From positions 4,351 through 68,350 of the forward strand of contig JACKFI010000003.1 in the NCBI GenBank assembly GCA_020632555.1: a DNA stretch of 64,000 nucleotides. The letters are read 5' to 3'. Shown piece by piece: positions 17,452-27,747 of the stretch. Under the pieces are notes generated by a model that had not been told where the DNA came from, ran no database searches, and saw only the letters and a program-made list of their open reading frames with translations. The position numbers and the translations under genes were made by a program. The stretch is from Candidatus Omnitrophota bacterium. Its GTDB lineage: Bacteria; Omnitrophota; Gorgyraeia; Zapsychrales; JANLHA01. The first letter of the stretch is position 1. Every line of letters starts with the position of its first letter.

Positions 17452-20276
17452 TGAGTGAAGTGAATTATCAAAAAACATTAAATCTCCCTCAGACCGGTTT
17501 TTCGATGAAAGCTAATCTGGCTGTGAAAGAGCCGGGGGTTTTGGCGCAATGGGAAAAAGAGGGGCTGTACGAACAGATTCGCGCCAAGTCGCAGGGTAAG
17601 AAAAAATTTACTTTACACGACGGGCCGCCGTATGCCAATGGCAATATTCATATCGGGCATGCTTTGAATAAAATACTTAAGGATGTGATTGTCAAAGCCA
17701 AGACGATGCAGGGTTTTGACAGCTTATATGTCCCCGGCTGGGATTGTCATGGTTTGCCCATTGAACATCAGATTTTTAAAGATTTGAAAAAACGAAAATC
17801 AGAAGTTGAAAGCAGTGTTTTTCGTAAAATGGCGCATGATTATGCGATGAAATATGTGGCTTTGCAGCGCGAACAATTCAAGCGGCTGGGGATTTTGGGA
17901 CAGTGGGACAATCCGTATTTAACATTGTCCAAAGATTATGAGTATTGGATTTTGAATTCTTTTATTCGCTTGGTCGAAAAAGAGTATGTGTATCGTGGAT
18001 TAAAACCAGTCAATTGGTGTGGGACCTGCGAAACCGCATTGGCTGAAGCCGAAGTTGAATATGAAGATCATGTCTCGCCGTCGGTATATGTCAAGTTTCA
18101 AGTGAAAGATACAAGCAAGTTTAAGTTTTTGCCGAAGGGAAAATCAGTATTTCTTTTGATTTGGACTACGACGCCGTGGACCTTGTTGGCCAATGTCGCA
18201 GTAGCTGTGCATTACAATTATCAATATTCTTTTGTGGATACTGGGAATGAAGTTCTTGTTATTGAAAGCACTCTAGCGGCGTCTGTTCTTGAAAAAGGCG
18301 GTATCACGGGAAAAGTGATTCAAGAAGTCAGCGGCAGTGAGTTAAAAGATTTAACGTATACGCATCCTTTTGGAATGGATGTTTCCTGTCGCGTGATTAC
18401 GGTTGATTATGTGACCAAGGAAGACGGGACCGGTTTAGTGCATACCGCGCCGGGTCATGGGCAGGAAGATTTTGAGGCCGGCCGCAAAAACAATTTAGAG
18501 ATTTTAATGCCGGTTAATGACCAAGGTGTTTTTACCCAACAAGCCGGCAAGTTTGCGGGACAATATGTTTTTAAAGCCAATGAAAATATTGTCGCGGATT
18601 TAAAAGAACGCGGCATTCTTTTTTTAAGCCAAAATATCACCCATTCGTATCCGCATTGCTGGCGCTGTAAAAAGCCGATTCTTTTTCGCGCGACCAAACA
18701 ATGGTTTTTAAAAATTGACCATGAGAATTTACGGGCGCGAGTGAAAGATGTTATCAAACAAGATGTGAGCTGGATTCCGCAAGCCGGACAAGAGCGGATT
18801 TTGGGCATGGTGATTACGCGGCCGGATTGGTGTTTATCTCGCCAGCGGCATTGGGGTGTTCCGATTCCCGCGCTTTGGTGCAAAAAATGCGACGAGCATA
18901 AACTTTATCCGGATGTGATGCGCCAGTTTGCCGATATTGTCAAAGAGCAAGGAACAGATGTTTGGTTTGTTAAAGATGTGTCAGAATTTTTACCGGCAGG
19001 GTTTAAATGTCCGGATTGTGGTCACAGTGATTTTGAAAAAACTTTTGATATTCTGGATGTGTGGTTTGATTCGGGAGTGAGCCATCAAGCAGTGATTGGG
19101 CCGATGCTGCAGCAAAAATTACCTGCTGACTTGTATTTGGAAGGTTCTGATCAGCATCGCGGATGGTTTCAATCATCTTTGATCCCTTCGGTGGCTTTGG
19201 ATGGTCAGGCGCCGTTTCGCGCGGTTTTAACGCATGGTTTTGTTGTCGATGGGCAGGGTCGGAAAATGTCCAAATCTTTGGGCAATGTTGTTGCTCCCGA
19301 GGATGTTTTGAAGAATTATGGCGCGGATGTTTTGCGTTTATGGGTGGCGTCCAGCAATTACAATGATGATATCCGTTTGTCGAAGGAAATTTTAGAGCGG
19401 CTGATTGATGCGTATCGCAAGATTCGCAATACGATGCGCTATCTTTTAGGAAACTTGAATGGTTTTGATCCAGACCAAGATGGTGTCGAATATCAGGGTC
19501 TTTTAGAAGTTGATCGTTGGGCGCTTTACCGTTTGGGTTGTGTTTTGACCGATGTTCGCAAGTCTTATGAGGATTATGACTTTTCGAACGTTTATCAAGT
19601 GATTTATTCGTTTTGCAATGAGGATCTCTCGGGCTTTTACCTTGACATCCTAAAAGATCGATTGTATACTTCTCAGGCTAAATCGGTAGCTCGACGTTCA
19701 GCGCAGACAGTTCTTTATCATATATTGAATCATTTGACGCGCCTGTTGGCTCCGATCTTGGTCTTCACTAGCGATGAAATTTTTGCGGCAATGCCTAAAG
19801 ATCGGGAGATGAAAGATGTGGCCAATATTCATCTTTTGCCGTGGTTGGTTGTTCCGGATGCGTGGAATGATGATGCCGCGCAAGAAATTGCAGAGAAGTA
19901 TAAACTTTTATTACAGCTTCGTCCATTTGTGATGAAGGCACTGGAAGATAAGCGTATCTTAAATGAGATTGGCAGTCCGCTGGAAGCGGTGGTTACTTTT
20001 CGCACGGCCAGTCAGCGGGATTGGAATTATTTGCAGAATTTTGAAGCTCAGTTAGCTTCCTTTTTTATTGTTTCACAGGTTGCCATTGAGAAAGTTGCTG
20101 AAATTCAGGCTGGGTTAAGTGAATTTTTCTCCAAGACCGAAATTGTGATTAATCGTGTTCAAGGCAAAAAGTGTCAACGCTGTTGGGTTTATAGTGATCA
20201 GGTGGGTTTGGATGCGCAACATCCGTCATTGTGCGAGCGTTGCAGTCCGGTTGTTCGTGAAATTCTTGCAGAATGA
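17451..20276 (+). CDS. ileS: Isoleucine--tRNA ligase
   Basis: HIGH motif 'PPYANGNIHIGHALNK', 'KMSKSLGN', a CP1 editing-domain-sized insertion and C-terminal Zn ribbons (CQRCW...CERC). Length is 941 aa. Confidence 0.97.
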   Translation: MSEVNYQKTLNLPQTGFSMKANLAVKEPGVLAQWEKEGLYEQIRAKSQGKKKFTLHDGPPYANGNIHIGHALNKILKDVIVKAKTMQGFDSLYVPGWDCHGLPIEHQIFKDLKKRKSEVESSVFRKMAHDYAMKYVALQREQFKRLGILGQWDNPYLTLSKDYEYWILNSFIRLVEKEYVYRGLKPVNWCGTCETALAEAEVEYEDHVSPSVYVKFQVKDTSKFKFLPKGKSVFLLIWTTTPWTLLANVAVAVHYNYQYSFVDTGNEVLVIESTLAASVLEKGGITGKVIQEVSGSELKDLTYTHPFGMDVSCRVITVDYVTKEDGTGLVHTAPGHGQEDFEAGRKNNLEILMPVNDQGVFTQQAGKFAGQYVFKANENIVADLKERGILFLSQNITHSYPHCWRCKKPILFRATKQWFLKIDHENLRARVKDVIKQDVSWIPQAGQERILGMVITRPDWCLSRQRHWGVPIPALWCKKCDEHKLYPDVMRQFADIVKEQGTDVWFVKDVSEFLPAGFKCPDCGHSDFEKTFDILDVWFDSGVSHQAVIGPMLQQKLPADLYLEGSDQHRGWFQSSLIPSVALDGQAPFRAVLTHGFVVDGQGRKMSKSLGNVVAPEDVLKNYGADVLRLWVASSNYNDDIRLSKEILERLIDAYRKIRNTMRYLLGNLNGFDPDQDGVEYQGLLEVDRWALYRLGCVLTDVRKSYEDYDFSNVYQVIYSFCNEDLSGFYLDILKDRLYTSQAKSVARRSAQTVLYHILNHLTRLLAPILVFTSDEIFAAMPKDREMKDVANIHLLPWLVVPDAWNDDAAQEIAEKYKLLLQLRPFVMKALEDKRILNEIGSPLEAVVTFRTASQRDWNYLQNFEAQLASFFIVSQVAIEKVAEIQAGLSEFFSKTEIVINRVQGKKCQRCWVYSDQVGLDAQHPSLCERCSPVVREILAE

Positions 20277-20328
20277 GTAAGAGCAGATACTTTTTTTAGC
20301 GTTCGTTAATTTAAAGGAGACTGTTAGG

Positions 20329-20718
20329 ATGCCTCAAAAATCCCCCGCTCATGATAAGAATGAGCAGTTTAAAAAAATTCTTCTAAAAAGCAAAGAAGAT
20401 ATCGTTCACGATATCAAAAATATGGCCGCGGTGAATTCAGCGGATAATAAAGACAAAGGCGGCGATGTTTCTGGCCACGCGATGCATATTGCGGATGTTG
20501 CGACAGATATGTATGATCGCGAATTTAGTTTGGGGCTGGCTTCCAATGAGCGAGAATTGCTTAACCGTATTGATGCTGCTCTTAAACGTATTGCTGAAAA
20601 AACGTATGGTTTATGTGTTGTTTGTAAAAAAGCGATTTTAGCCGCGCGCTTAAAAGCTTTGCCTTACGTTGAAACCTGTGTCAAGTGCCAAGAAGATATA
20701 GAAAATAAAAAAAGATAG
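20329..20718 (+). CDS. DksA/TraR-family C4 zinc-finger protein
   Basis: C-terminal 'CVVCKKAI...(17 aa)...CVKCQ' four-Cys finger after a coiled-coil region. Confidence 0.75.
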   Translation: MPQKSPAHDKNEQFKKILLKSKEDIVHDIKNMAAVNSADNKDKGGDVSGHAMHIADVATDMYDREFSLGLASNERELLNRIDAALKRIAEKTYGLCVVCKKAILAARLKALPYVETCVKCQEDIENKKR

Positions 20719-20725
20719 ACCAATA

Positions 20726-21205
20726 GTGAAAAGTGAATCAAGTGCGTATTTTGATATCTTTTTGTCTCTCACCATCGTCTCGTCGATTGTTTGTCTGGAC
20801 CGTTTAACCAAGATCTTCTTTTCTCATATCCTTTCGTTGGGGGAGTCCTGGGTTATTTTGCGCAATATTTTGCATATGACCTTGGTTCATAACACGGGCA
20901 TTGCTTTTGGTTTGTTTCGAAATCAGGGCATTGTTTTGATTATTATTCCTGTGATTATGATTGCCCTGCTACTGTACAATTTTTACCACTACAAGTACAA
21001 TAATGAAAAATTAAGCCGGCTTTATATTGTGGCTGTGTCTTTGATTATCGCCGGAGCTATTGGGAATTTGATTGATCGCATCCTGTATGGGTATGTGATT
21101 GATTTTATTGATTTGCGAATTTGGCCGGTTTTTAATATTGCGGATAGCGCTATCACTGTTGGCGCGATTCTTTTATTGTGGTGTATCAACATTAAGGAAG
21201 CTTAA
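20726..21205 (+). CDS. lspA: Lipoprotein signal peptidase II
   Basis: 'NTGIAFGLF', 'GNLIDR', 'FNIADSAI' motifs and 4 TM segments. Confidence 0.9.
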   Translation: MKSESSAYFDIFLSLTIVSSIVCLDRLTKIFFSHILSLGESWVILRNILHMTLVHNTGIAFGLFRNQGIVLIIIPVIMIALLLYNFYHYKYNNEKLSRLYIVAVSLIIAGAIGNLIDRILYGYVIDFIDLRIWPVFNIADSAITVGAILLLWCINIKEA

Positions 21206-21206
21206 G

Positions 21207-21944
21207 ATGTATCCAACCATTGGGCACATTGGACCGATTACCATTTATTCATTTGGACTGATGTTGGCCATTGCGGTGATGCTGTGTTCCTTTTTGCTAA
21301 GCCGAGATGCCGGTAAGGTTGGGATTAGTCAAGAAACGATTTTTGATTTGGTTTTTTGGGTGATTTTGGGCGGGATTGTTGGCGCGAGGATTTTTTTTAT
21401 TCTGCTGAATTTCTCTGATTTTGCGGCAGATCCCAAGCAAATCATTATGATTGCCAACGGTGGTTTAGCCTGGCAGGGCGGTTTGGTTTTGGGATGTTTG
21501 GCTGGCGTGTTTTATGTTCGCAAGAAAAATTTGTCATTGTCTACAATGGTGGATTTAGCCGCGCCTTATTTAGCTTTGGGTCAGGCTGTTGGTCGAATTG
21601 GTTGTTTTTTAAATGGCTGTTGTTATGGCCGTCCGGTTGCTTGGGGAATTTATTTTCCGGTTCATGGCCAACATCTTCATCCAACTCAGTTGTATGATAC
21701 GGGAATGCTTGTGGGCATTTTCTTTATTTTGAAATATTTGCAAAAGAATTCAAGGCGTCGGGGAGAGATTTTTGCTGCGTATCTAGTGTTAGCTTCGGTT
21801 GAGAGGTTTATTAATGAATTCTTTCGTGCAGATCATATTAATGCGGTTATGGGTTTGAGCGTTTTTCAATGGGTGAGTGTTGCGGTTTTCATTTTGGGCG
21901 GATATCTGTGGTGGCGATTGTATCGTCAATCACGGGTAATTTAG
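21207..21944 (+). CDS. lgt: Prolipoprotein diacylglyceryl transferase
   Basis: The ATG at 21207 comes immediately after the lspA stop; the track start at 21099 would overlap lspA by 107 nt. 'GGLAWQGGL', 'GRIGCFLNGCCYGR', 'HPTQLY' motifs. Confidence 0.9.
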   Translation: MYPTIGHIGPITIYSFGLMLAIAVMLCSFLLSRDAGKVGISQETIFDLVFWVILGGIVGARIFFILLNFSDFAADPKQIIMIANGGLAWQGGLVLGCLAGVFYVRKKNLSLSTMVDLAAPYLALGQAVGRIGCFLNGCCYGRPVAWGIYFPVHGQHLHPTQLYDTGMLVGIFFILKYLQKNSRRRGEIFAAYLVLASVERFINEFFRADHINAVMGLSVFQWVSVAVFILGGYLWWRLYRQSRVI

Positions 21945-21950
21945 ACATTT

Positions 21951-22889
21951 ATGGCACGGCAAACGTTTAAGGTTAGTGAAGAATGTGTTCATTTGCGTTT
22001 GGATGTTTGTCTGGTCAAGAATTTTCCGCAATGTCCGTCTCGGACGTTTGCTCAGCGTTTGATAGATGCCGGCCAAGTTTTGGTTAATGGCAAGCCCCAA
22101 AAAGCTAGTTATCCGGTTAATCTCAATGATGAAATCAATTTTGAATGTGAGTTAACCAAAGCCGGCGATGCGATCCTCGCCGAGGATATTCCCCTTAATA
22201 TTTTTTATGAAGATCAGTGGCTTTTGATTGTGAACAAACCCATTGGTATGTTGGTGCATCCGGTGCATGGGTATCATGGCGGGACTTTGGTCAATGCGCT
22301 GATGCATCATTGTCAAAATTTGTCGCAAGTCAATTTGCCTGATGGCGATGACGATGTTTTTGACCCGGCCTTGATTCGACCGGGCATTGTGCATCGCTTG
22401 GATCGAGAAACATCGGGGCTTTTGGTTGTTGCCAAGGATGATTATACGCATGTTCAGTTAGCCAGGGCTTTTGAACAGCGGCAAGTTAAAAAAAAGTATT
22501 TGGCTTTGGTGCGAGGAGCTATTGAATTTGATGAGGGGATGGTTGATGCCGCTTTGGGTCGACATCCGGTGCATCGGGATAAGAAAGCGATTGTTAATGA
22601 TGACAAGGGAAAGTCTGCCGTTACGATTTACCGCGTGATCAAGCGTTTTGGTGATCGGGCGACTTTAGTGAGTTTGTTTCCCAAAAGTGGTCGCACTCAC
22701 CAATTGCGTGTGCATATGGCGCATTTGGGCCATCCGATTCTGGGTGATGAAAAATATGGAGAAGCCAAATCTTTTTTTCGCATGGCTTTGCACGCACAAT
22801 CACTGGGATTTTATCATGTGCATTTGAAAGATTTTGTAGAATTCTCGACCGCCGTTCCAGCCGAATTTCTTGATTTTTCTGCCGAGTAA
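21951..22889 (+). CDS. rluD: RluA/RluD-family 23S rRNA pseudouridine synthase
   Basis: N-terminal S4-like domain. Catalytic 'HRLDRETSGLLVVAK', plus 'GRTHQLRVH'. Confidence 0.85.
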   Translation: MARQTFKVSEECVHLRLDVCLVKNFPQCPSRTFAQRLIDAGQVLVNGKPQKASYPVNLNDEINFECELTKAGDAILAEDIPLNIFYEDQWLLIVNKPIGMLVHPVHGYHGGTLVNALMHHCQNLSQVNLPDGDDDVFDPALIRPGIVHRLDRETSGLLVVAKDDYTHVQLARAFEQRQVKKKYLALVRGAIEFDEGMVDAALGRHPVHRDKKAIVNDDKGKSAVTIYRVIKRFGDRATLVSLFPKSGRTHQLRVHMAHLGHPILGDEKYGEAKSFFRMALHAQSLGFYHVHLKDFVEFSTAVPAEFLDFSAE

Positions 22890-23045
22890 AGCAGAATAAA
22901 TTTTAATTTTTCAAGCTTGGCCTAACGCTTTTGATGCGTTAAGCTTAGGCATTGTAAAATTAAAAAAGTCTTTACTTGCGTGGTATTATTCATATAATAG
23001 ACTTCATAATTTGGGCCATTTGAATGCTAAAGAGGAGTTGATCGT

Positions 23046-23870
23046 ATGAAGCAATTAGGCAAGTCTGGGAAAGCGTTAACGTTTATTCTAATTGTTTTTG
23101 TTGTCTTGTTAGTGTCACTTTTGGGAATCGCAGGTTTTCATTTGTTAAAAGAAATTGATAAAAGTCAGGCCGCGGAGAATATGGTTGTTCAACTGCGGGC
23201 TGTTGAGGCTAAATTGAATGAAGATTTGAAAAATGCACAAGAGCAGATTGTGCTTTTAGAGGGTAAGAAAAAAGACGCGGAAGCGACGATTGAAGATTTG
23301 CAGAGAGATGTTGATTTTGAAAAAGGGGCTAAGGAAGAACTAAAAAAACAAAATCAGGTTTTTCAGGACAATTTGGAGAAAGAAGTTCAGGCCAAAGAGG
23401 ACATTCGTTCGCGATTAACTCAAGATTTGCAGGCCGCTCAAGACAAATATAATTCTATCAAATCAGAGTTAGACAAAGCTTTGGCGCGGAATAAAGAGTT
23501 AGAAAATGCTAAGCTTGCCGTTGCTGCGCAAATGGACAATGCTCCATCAATGGCTGTTGAACAGAGTGCCGCTGGTGACATGACGGCCAATGATTCAGGG
23601 ATTGATCTTGAAAAAATTATTGTTAATCCAGCTCCCAAAGGCAGAGGGAAAATCATTAGCGTTGACTCTGATACGGATTTTGTGATTGTTAGCTTGGGTG
23701 AGAAAGATGGTGTTGTCAAAGGTTCTTTGCTTTCTGTTTTTCGTGGCAATGATTATTTGGGTGATATCAAGGTTTCTCGTGTTTTGGCTGAAATGTCGGC
23801 AGCAGATTTTGTGCCGCCATTTAAAAGTCAGAGTGTCAAGAAGGACGACCAGGTTGTTCCTAAAAAATGA
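23046..23870 (+). CDS. Membrane-anchored coiled-coil protein with a small C-terminal beta domain (function unknown)
   Basis: TM helix (ALTFILIVFVVLLVSLLGIAGF), a roughly 130-aa heptad-rich E/K/Q segment, then 'GKIISVDSDTDFVIVSLGEKDGVVKGSLLSVFRGNDYLGDIKV'. Confidence 0.5.
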   Translation: MKQLGKSGKALTFILIVFVVLLVSLLGIAGFHLLKEIDKSQAAENMVVQLRAVEAKLNEDLKNAQEQIVLLEGKKKDAEATIEDLQRDVDFEKGAKEELKKQNQVFQDNLEKEVQAKEDIRSRLTQDLQAAQDKYNSIKSELDKALARNKELENAKLAVAAQMDNAPSMAVEQSAAGDMTANDSGIDLEKIIVNPAPKGRGKIISVDSDTDFVIVSLGEKDGVVKGSLLSVFRGNDYLGDIKVSRVLAEMSAADFVPPFKSQSVKKDDQVVPKK

Positions 23871-25156
23871 TTCTTAAAGTCCAGCCGTTGGAATTTCTTC
23901 GGGGGACGGTTCGGCTTCCTGCTTCAAAATCTTATTCCATTCGCGCCTTTATGGTTGCCGCTTGTGGTGGTCAGTCTACGATTCTATTCCCTTCCGATTG
24001 TGATGATGCCAAAGTTGCGATAGCGACGGCCAAAGCCTTAGGCGCGCAGATCACATCTTTTCGTGGGGAACGGTTTTCCGTAAAAGCTAATTTAAAATTA
24101 TTAAAATCAACGCGAATCAACGTTCGCGAGTCGGGGACGGTGTTGCGTTTTCTTTTGCCTTTACTGTCGCTGCGAGGCAAGAATGCTGTTGTTTTTGGCG
24201 AGGGGACATTGATTGGTCGTCCGAATGTTCATTTGTTAACGGCTTTACGTTCTTGTGGTGTACAGATTAGGGGCAGTGGTTTAAAAGAAAGTATTCCCGT
24301 TAGTCTGGGTGGTGGAACGTTTCGTGCAGGGAAAATTGTTATTGATGGCAGCTTGAGCTCACAGTTTATTTCGAGTCTTTTAATCACGTGTCCACAATTG
24401 AAACACAATTCTGATCTTTTTCTGGAAGGTAAAAAGTTGGTGTCTTCTGATTATATTGTGATGACTCTTTTAATTCTTAAGCAGGCAGGGATTCAAGTCA
24501 AGAAGGTTTCCGACCGGCATTATCACATTAAGGGAAATCAGAAATTCTTAGGTTTGCAGGATTTTTGTGTGCCTTCAGATTATGGCTTGGCGGCTTTTTT
24601 GATGGCCGCTGCTGCTTTGATTCCGTCGGATGTTGTTTTGCAAGGCAGTTTCAATGATCGCTTTATTCAAGCCGATGGGAAAATTTTGGAATTCTTAAAG
24701 AAAATGGGAGTTGTGTGGGTTCGCACCAAAGATGCGATCAAAATAAAAGGGCCCTTTGTTTTGAAAGGGGGAACATTTTCATTAAGGCATTGTCCGGATT
24801 TGGTTCCGATTATGGCGGTGTTGGGACTTTTTGCTAAAGGGGGCGTGCGCTTAACGCAGATTGGGCATGCTCGAGCCAAAGAGAGCGATCGGATCAGTGA
24901 TTTACGTCGAGAATTGCAAAAACTTGGCGCGCAGGTTAAAGAAGGTCCTGATGAATTGCAGGTTTTTCCGTGTAAAACATTTCGGCCGGATGTTGTTTTA
25001 GACCCGCATCATGATCATCGGCTGGCAATGGCTTTTGCGGTGCTGGGTTTAAAAACAGGATTAACAGTTTGTGATATCGAGTGCGTTCAAAAATCTTATC
25101 CTCAATTTGTAGCTGATATGAAAATGTTGCGGGCGCCGTTTAAAGTTCTCCAATAG
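23867..25156 (+). CDS. aroA: 3-phosphoshikimate 1-carboxyvinyltransferase (EPSP synthase)
   Basis: 'LPASKSYSIRA', 'ESGTVLRFLLP', 'AKESDRI', 'DHRLAMAFAVLGL'. Confidence 0.85.
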   Translation: MILKVQPLEFLRGTVRLPASKSYSIRAFMVAACGGQSTILFPSDCDDAKVAIATAKALGAQITSFRGERFSVKANLKLLKSTRINVRESGTVLRFLLPLLSLRGKNAVVFGEGTLIGRPNVHLLTALRSCGVQIRGSGLKESIPVSLGGGTFRAGKIVIDGSLSSQFISSLLITCPQLKHNSDLFLEGKKLVSSDYIVMTLLILKQAGIQVKKVSDRHYHIKGNQKFLGLQDFCVPSDYGLAAFLMAAAALIPSDVVLQGSFNDRFIQADGKILEFLKKMGVVWVRTKDAIKIKGPFVLKGGTFSLRHCPDLVPIMAVLGLFAKGGVRLTQIGHARAKESDRISDLRRELQKLGAQVKEGPDELQVFPCKTFRPDVVLDPHHDHRLAMAFAVLGLKTGLTVCDIECVQKSYPQFVADMKMLRAPFKVLQ

Positions 25157-25191
25157 TTTTTGTGAAGTTTGTTTTATAGTTTTAATAGTCA

Positions 25192-25220
25192 TTGACAGAT
25201 ATTTTTTTTTCCGATAATAT
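25192..25220 (+). promoter_or_regulatory. Sigma70-type promoter upstream of mreB
   Basis: TTGACA (25192-25197), 17-nt spacer, TAATAT (25215-25220). Confidence 0.5.
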
Positions 25221-25301
25221 TTTACCTGTTGAATGACAAATAGTTAGCACAATTTTTATATTTGACGGTGTCTTTTTTCGACGAGAACATTAAACATAAG
25301 G

Positions 25302-26402
25302 ATGTTAAGCATGTTTTCACGAGCCATGAAGTTTTTAAAAAAGCTTTATAATGGGACTTTGGGTTTGCTTTCCAATGATATGGGCATTGATCTTGGAACT
25401 TGCAATACGTTAGTTTATGTTAAGGGGGAAGGAGTTGTTCTTTGTGAGCCATCTGTTGTGGCCATTGAAAAGGATACAGGAATTCCGGTTGGCTTTGGTG
25501 ATGATGCCAAAAAGATGTTGGGCCGTACTCCCGGAAATATTATCGCTATTCGTCCGATGCGCAATGGTGTTATTTCTGATTTCGAAATCACTGAGAAAAT
25601 GTTGCGGCACTTTATTAATAAAGTGCACAATAGTAAAAGTAACGGGTTTTTTCATCTTCGTCCGGCTCCCGCTTTGGTTATTGCTATTCCCTCGGGAATT
25701 ACTGAAGTTGAAAAGAGGGCGGTTCGTGATTCGGCTGAACGCGCTGGAGCGAGAACTGTTGATTTGATTGAAGAGCCAAAAGCTGCGGCGGTTGGAGTCG
25801 GGCTGCCCGTTGAAGAGCCAGCTGGGAATATGATTATTGATGTTGGTGGTGGGACCACGGAATATGCGGTGATTTCTTTGGGTGGTATTGTCTATTCAAA
25901 ATCCATTAAGGTTGGCGGCGATGGTTTGGACAATGCGATTATGGAGTATTTGCGAAAGACCTATAATCTTCTCATTGGTGAGCGGACAGCTGAAGAGATT
26001 AAGATTCGCATCGGTTCGGCTTATCCGTTAGAGGAAGAATTAACCATGGATGTTCGCGGTCGTGATTTGATTGCGGGATTGCCGAAGAATATCACTATCA
26101 CTTCTGAAGAAGTGCGCGAGGCTTTGCAAGCGCCGGTTCAAGCGATTGTTGACGCGACCAAGATTGTTTTGGAGAATACACCGCCGGAATTGTCTTCGGA
26201 TTTGATCGACCGTGGTATTGTGATGGCTGGCGGGGGTTCTCTTTTGCGTGGGATTGATAAACGTATCGCGGAAGAGACTGGTCTTCCTGTCCATGTGGCT
26301 GATGATCCGATGACGGCTGTTGTTTTAGGAACGGGCGCGACATTAAGTATGCCGGCTCGGTTGCGTCGCCGGCTGGTGGTTAAAACCCGAATTGATTTCT
26401 AA
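25302..26402 (+). CDS. mreB: Rod-shape-determining actin homolog MreB
   Basis: '[12 protein letters not shown]', '[11 protein letters not shown]', '[13 protein letters not shown]'. The start is ambiguous: ATGs at 25302, 25311 and 25326. Confidence 0.95.
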   Translation: MLSMFSRAMKFLKKLYNGTLGLLSNDMGIDLGTCNTLVYVKGEGVVLCEPSVVAIEKDTGIPVGFGDDAKKMLGRTPGNIIAIRPMRNGVISDFEITEKMLRHFINKVHNSKSNGFFHLRPAPALVIAIPSGITEVEKRAVRDSAERAGARTVDLIEEPKAAAVGVGLPVEEPAGNMIIDVGGGTTEYAVISLGGIVYSKSIKVGGDGLDNAIMEYLRKTYNLLIGERTAEEIKIRIGSAYPLEEELTMDVRGRDLIAGLPKNITITSEEVREALQAPVQAIVDATKIVLENTPPELSSDLIDRGIVMAGGGSLLRGIDKRIAEETGLPVHVADDPMTAVVLGTGATLSMPARLRRRLVVKTRIDF

Positions 26403-26429
26403 TAAAAATCTTTTTCTTCTGTTATCTGT

Positions 26430-27230
26430 GTGTTGCGAAAAAAAACAAAGCTCTTAACTTACCTTGGTCTTGCTGCTGTTGCTTGCCTCTTTCTTTTTGC
26501 CAGGCTTCCTCTGATTACTCATATGAAATTTGCGGTGGTTGACACGCTGTCTTTGCCAATGAAGGTTATTTCATTCCCTTTTTTGGAATTCAAGAAAATG
26601 CTTTATTATCACGCGACGTTTGAACAAAATCGTCAATTGGTCAAAGAAGTTGGAATGTTAAAAGCTCGTTTAACAGCGATGGATGAAGTGGTGCGCGAGA
26701 ATACGCGGTTGGAGAAATTATTAAACTTTAAAGAGAAATCATACGCGGGGGTCGCGGCTAATGTGATTGCGCGTGATCTTGCCAATTGGAATTCCGCGAT
26801 TGTGATTGATAAAGGGCAACGGCATGGAATTCGTGTTGGTATGCCTGTTGTTGATGCTTCTGGAATTGTAGGTAAAGTTGTTGAGGTGGTTGAGGATCGC
26901 TCAAAGGTTATTTTGATTAGTGATCCGAGTTTTAGTGTAGCGGCCATGATAGAGCGTTCGCGGGAAGTCGGATTGGTTTCTGGAACATTGACAGGACAAT
27001 GTCGCATGCGTTATCTGTCGATGGATGCGGATGTGAAAATTGGTGATGAAGTGATTTCTTCAAAATTAAGTTCGTCTTTTCCGCAAGGGATGATTTTGGG
27101 GACCGTTGTGAGCGTTGAAAATCCGGCGGGCAGTCCGTTTCCGATGTATTTGATCAAGCCAGCCGCGGCATTATCACAAATAGAGGAAGTTATTGTGATT
27201 CGCTCATCGTCGACTGCCAGTAGAAATTAG
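26430..27230 (+). CDS. mreC: Rod-shape protein MreC
   Basis: N-terminal TM segment, a coiled coil ending in 'ENTRLEKLL', then double beta-barrel-type blocks 'GMPVVDASGIVGKVVEV' and 'GMILGTVVSV'. The position after mreB supports the call. Confidence 0.85.
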   Translation: MLRKKTKLLTYLGLAAVACLFLFARLPLITHMKFAVVDTLSLPMKVISFPFLEFKKMLYYHATFEQNRQLVKEVGMLKARLTAMDEVVRENTRLEKLLNFKEKSYAGVAANVIARDLANWNSAIVIDKGQRHGIRVGMPVVDASGIVGKVVEVVEDRSKVILISDPSFSVAAMIERSREVGLVSGTLTGQCRMRYLSMDADVKIGDEVISSKLSSSFPQGMILGTVVSVENPAGSPFPMYLIKPAAALSQIEEVIVIRSSSTASRN

Positions 27231-27258
27231 ATCAATATTCTTTGGTTATGGATTTTTC

Positions 27259-27747
27259 ATGAAAAAAACCATTTTTATTTTTGTGATTACTGTTTCTTGT
27301 TTGATTGTGCAATTATTGTTTGCGCGGGTTTTCGGGTCTTCATATGTGCCAAATTTTGTTTTGATTGCGGTCGTATTTTTTAATTTATATCGTGGATTGC
27401 GATACAGTTTGAGCGCGGCGTTTTTGGGAGGGTTTTTTTTAGATAGTTTTAGTGGGAGTTTGATGGGTTTGAATATGTTCTCTTTGGTGATGTGCGCGTT
27501 CTTATTGGGGACTTTAAAGAAATTTATATATCAGCCGGGAGCCGCTCAGTCGCGTTTATTGATGGTTTTTGTGGCTGTTGTGAGCAATAGTTTTTTACAA
27601 TATTTTGTTATTTTATCCTCAGGCATTCATCTTGATTTCTCAATAGCGTTTCAGTCAGCTATGATGCCGGAAATTATCCTTACATTATTAGTTGCTTTGT
27701 ATACCTTCGAAAGGTTAAAGCAGTGCGCCTTAAAGTTATTTTCATAA
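27259..27747 (+). CDS. mreD: Rod-shape protein MreD
   Basis: 162-aa protein with 5 TM segments, located between mreC and mrdA. Confidence 0.7.
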   Translation: MKKTIFIFVITVSCLIVQLLFARVFGSSYVPNFVLIAVVFFNLYRGLRYSLSAAFLGGFFLDSFSGSLMGLNMFSLVMCAFLLGTLKKFIYQPGAAQSRLLMVFVAVVSNSFLQYFVILSSGIHLDFSIAFQSAMMPEIILTLLVALYTFERLKQCALKLFS

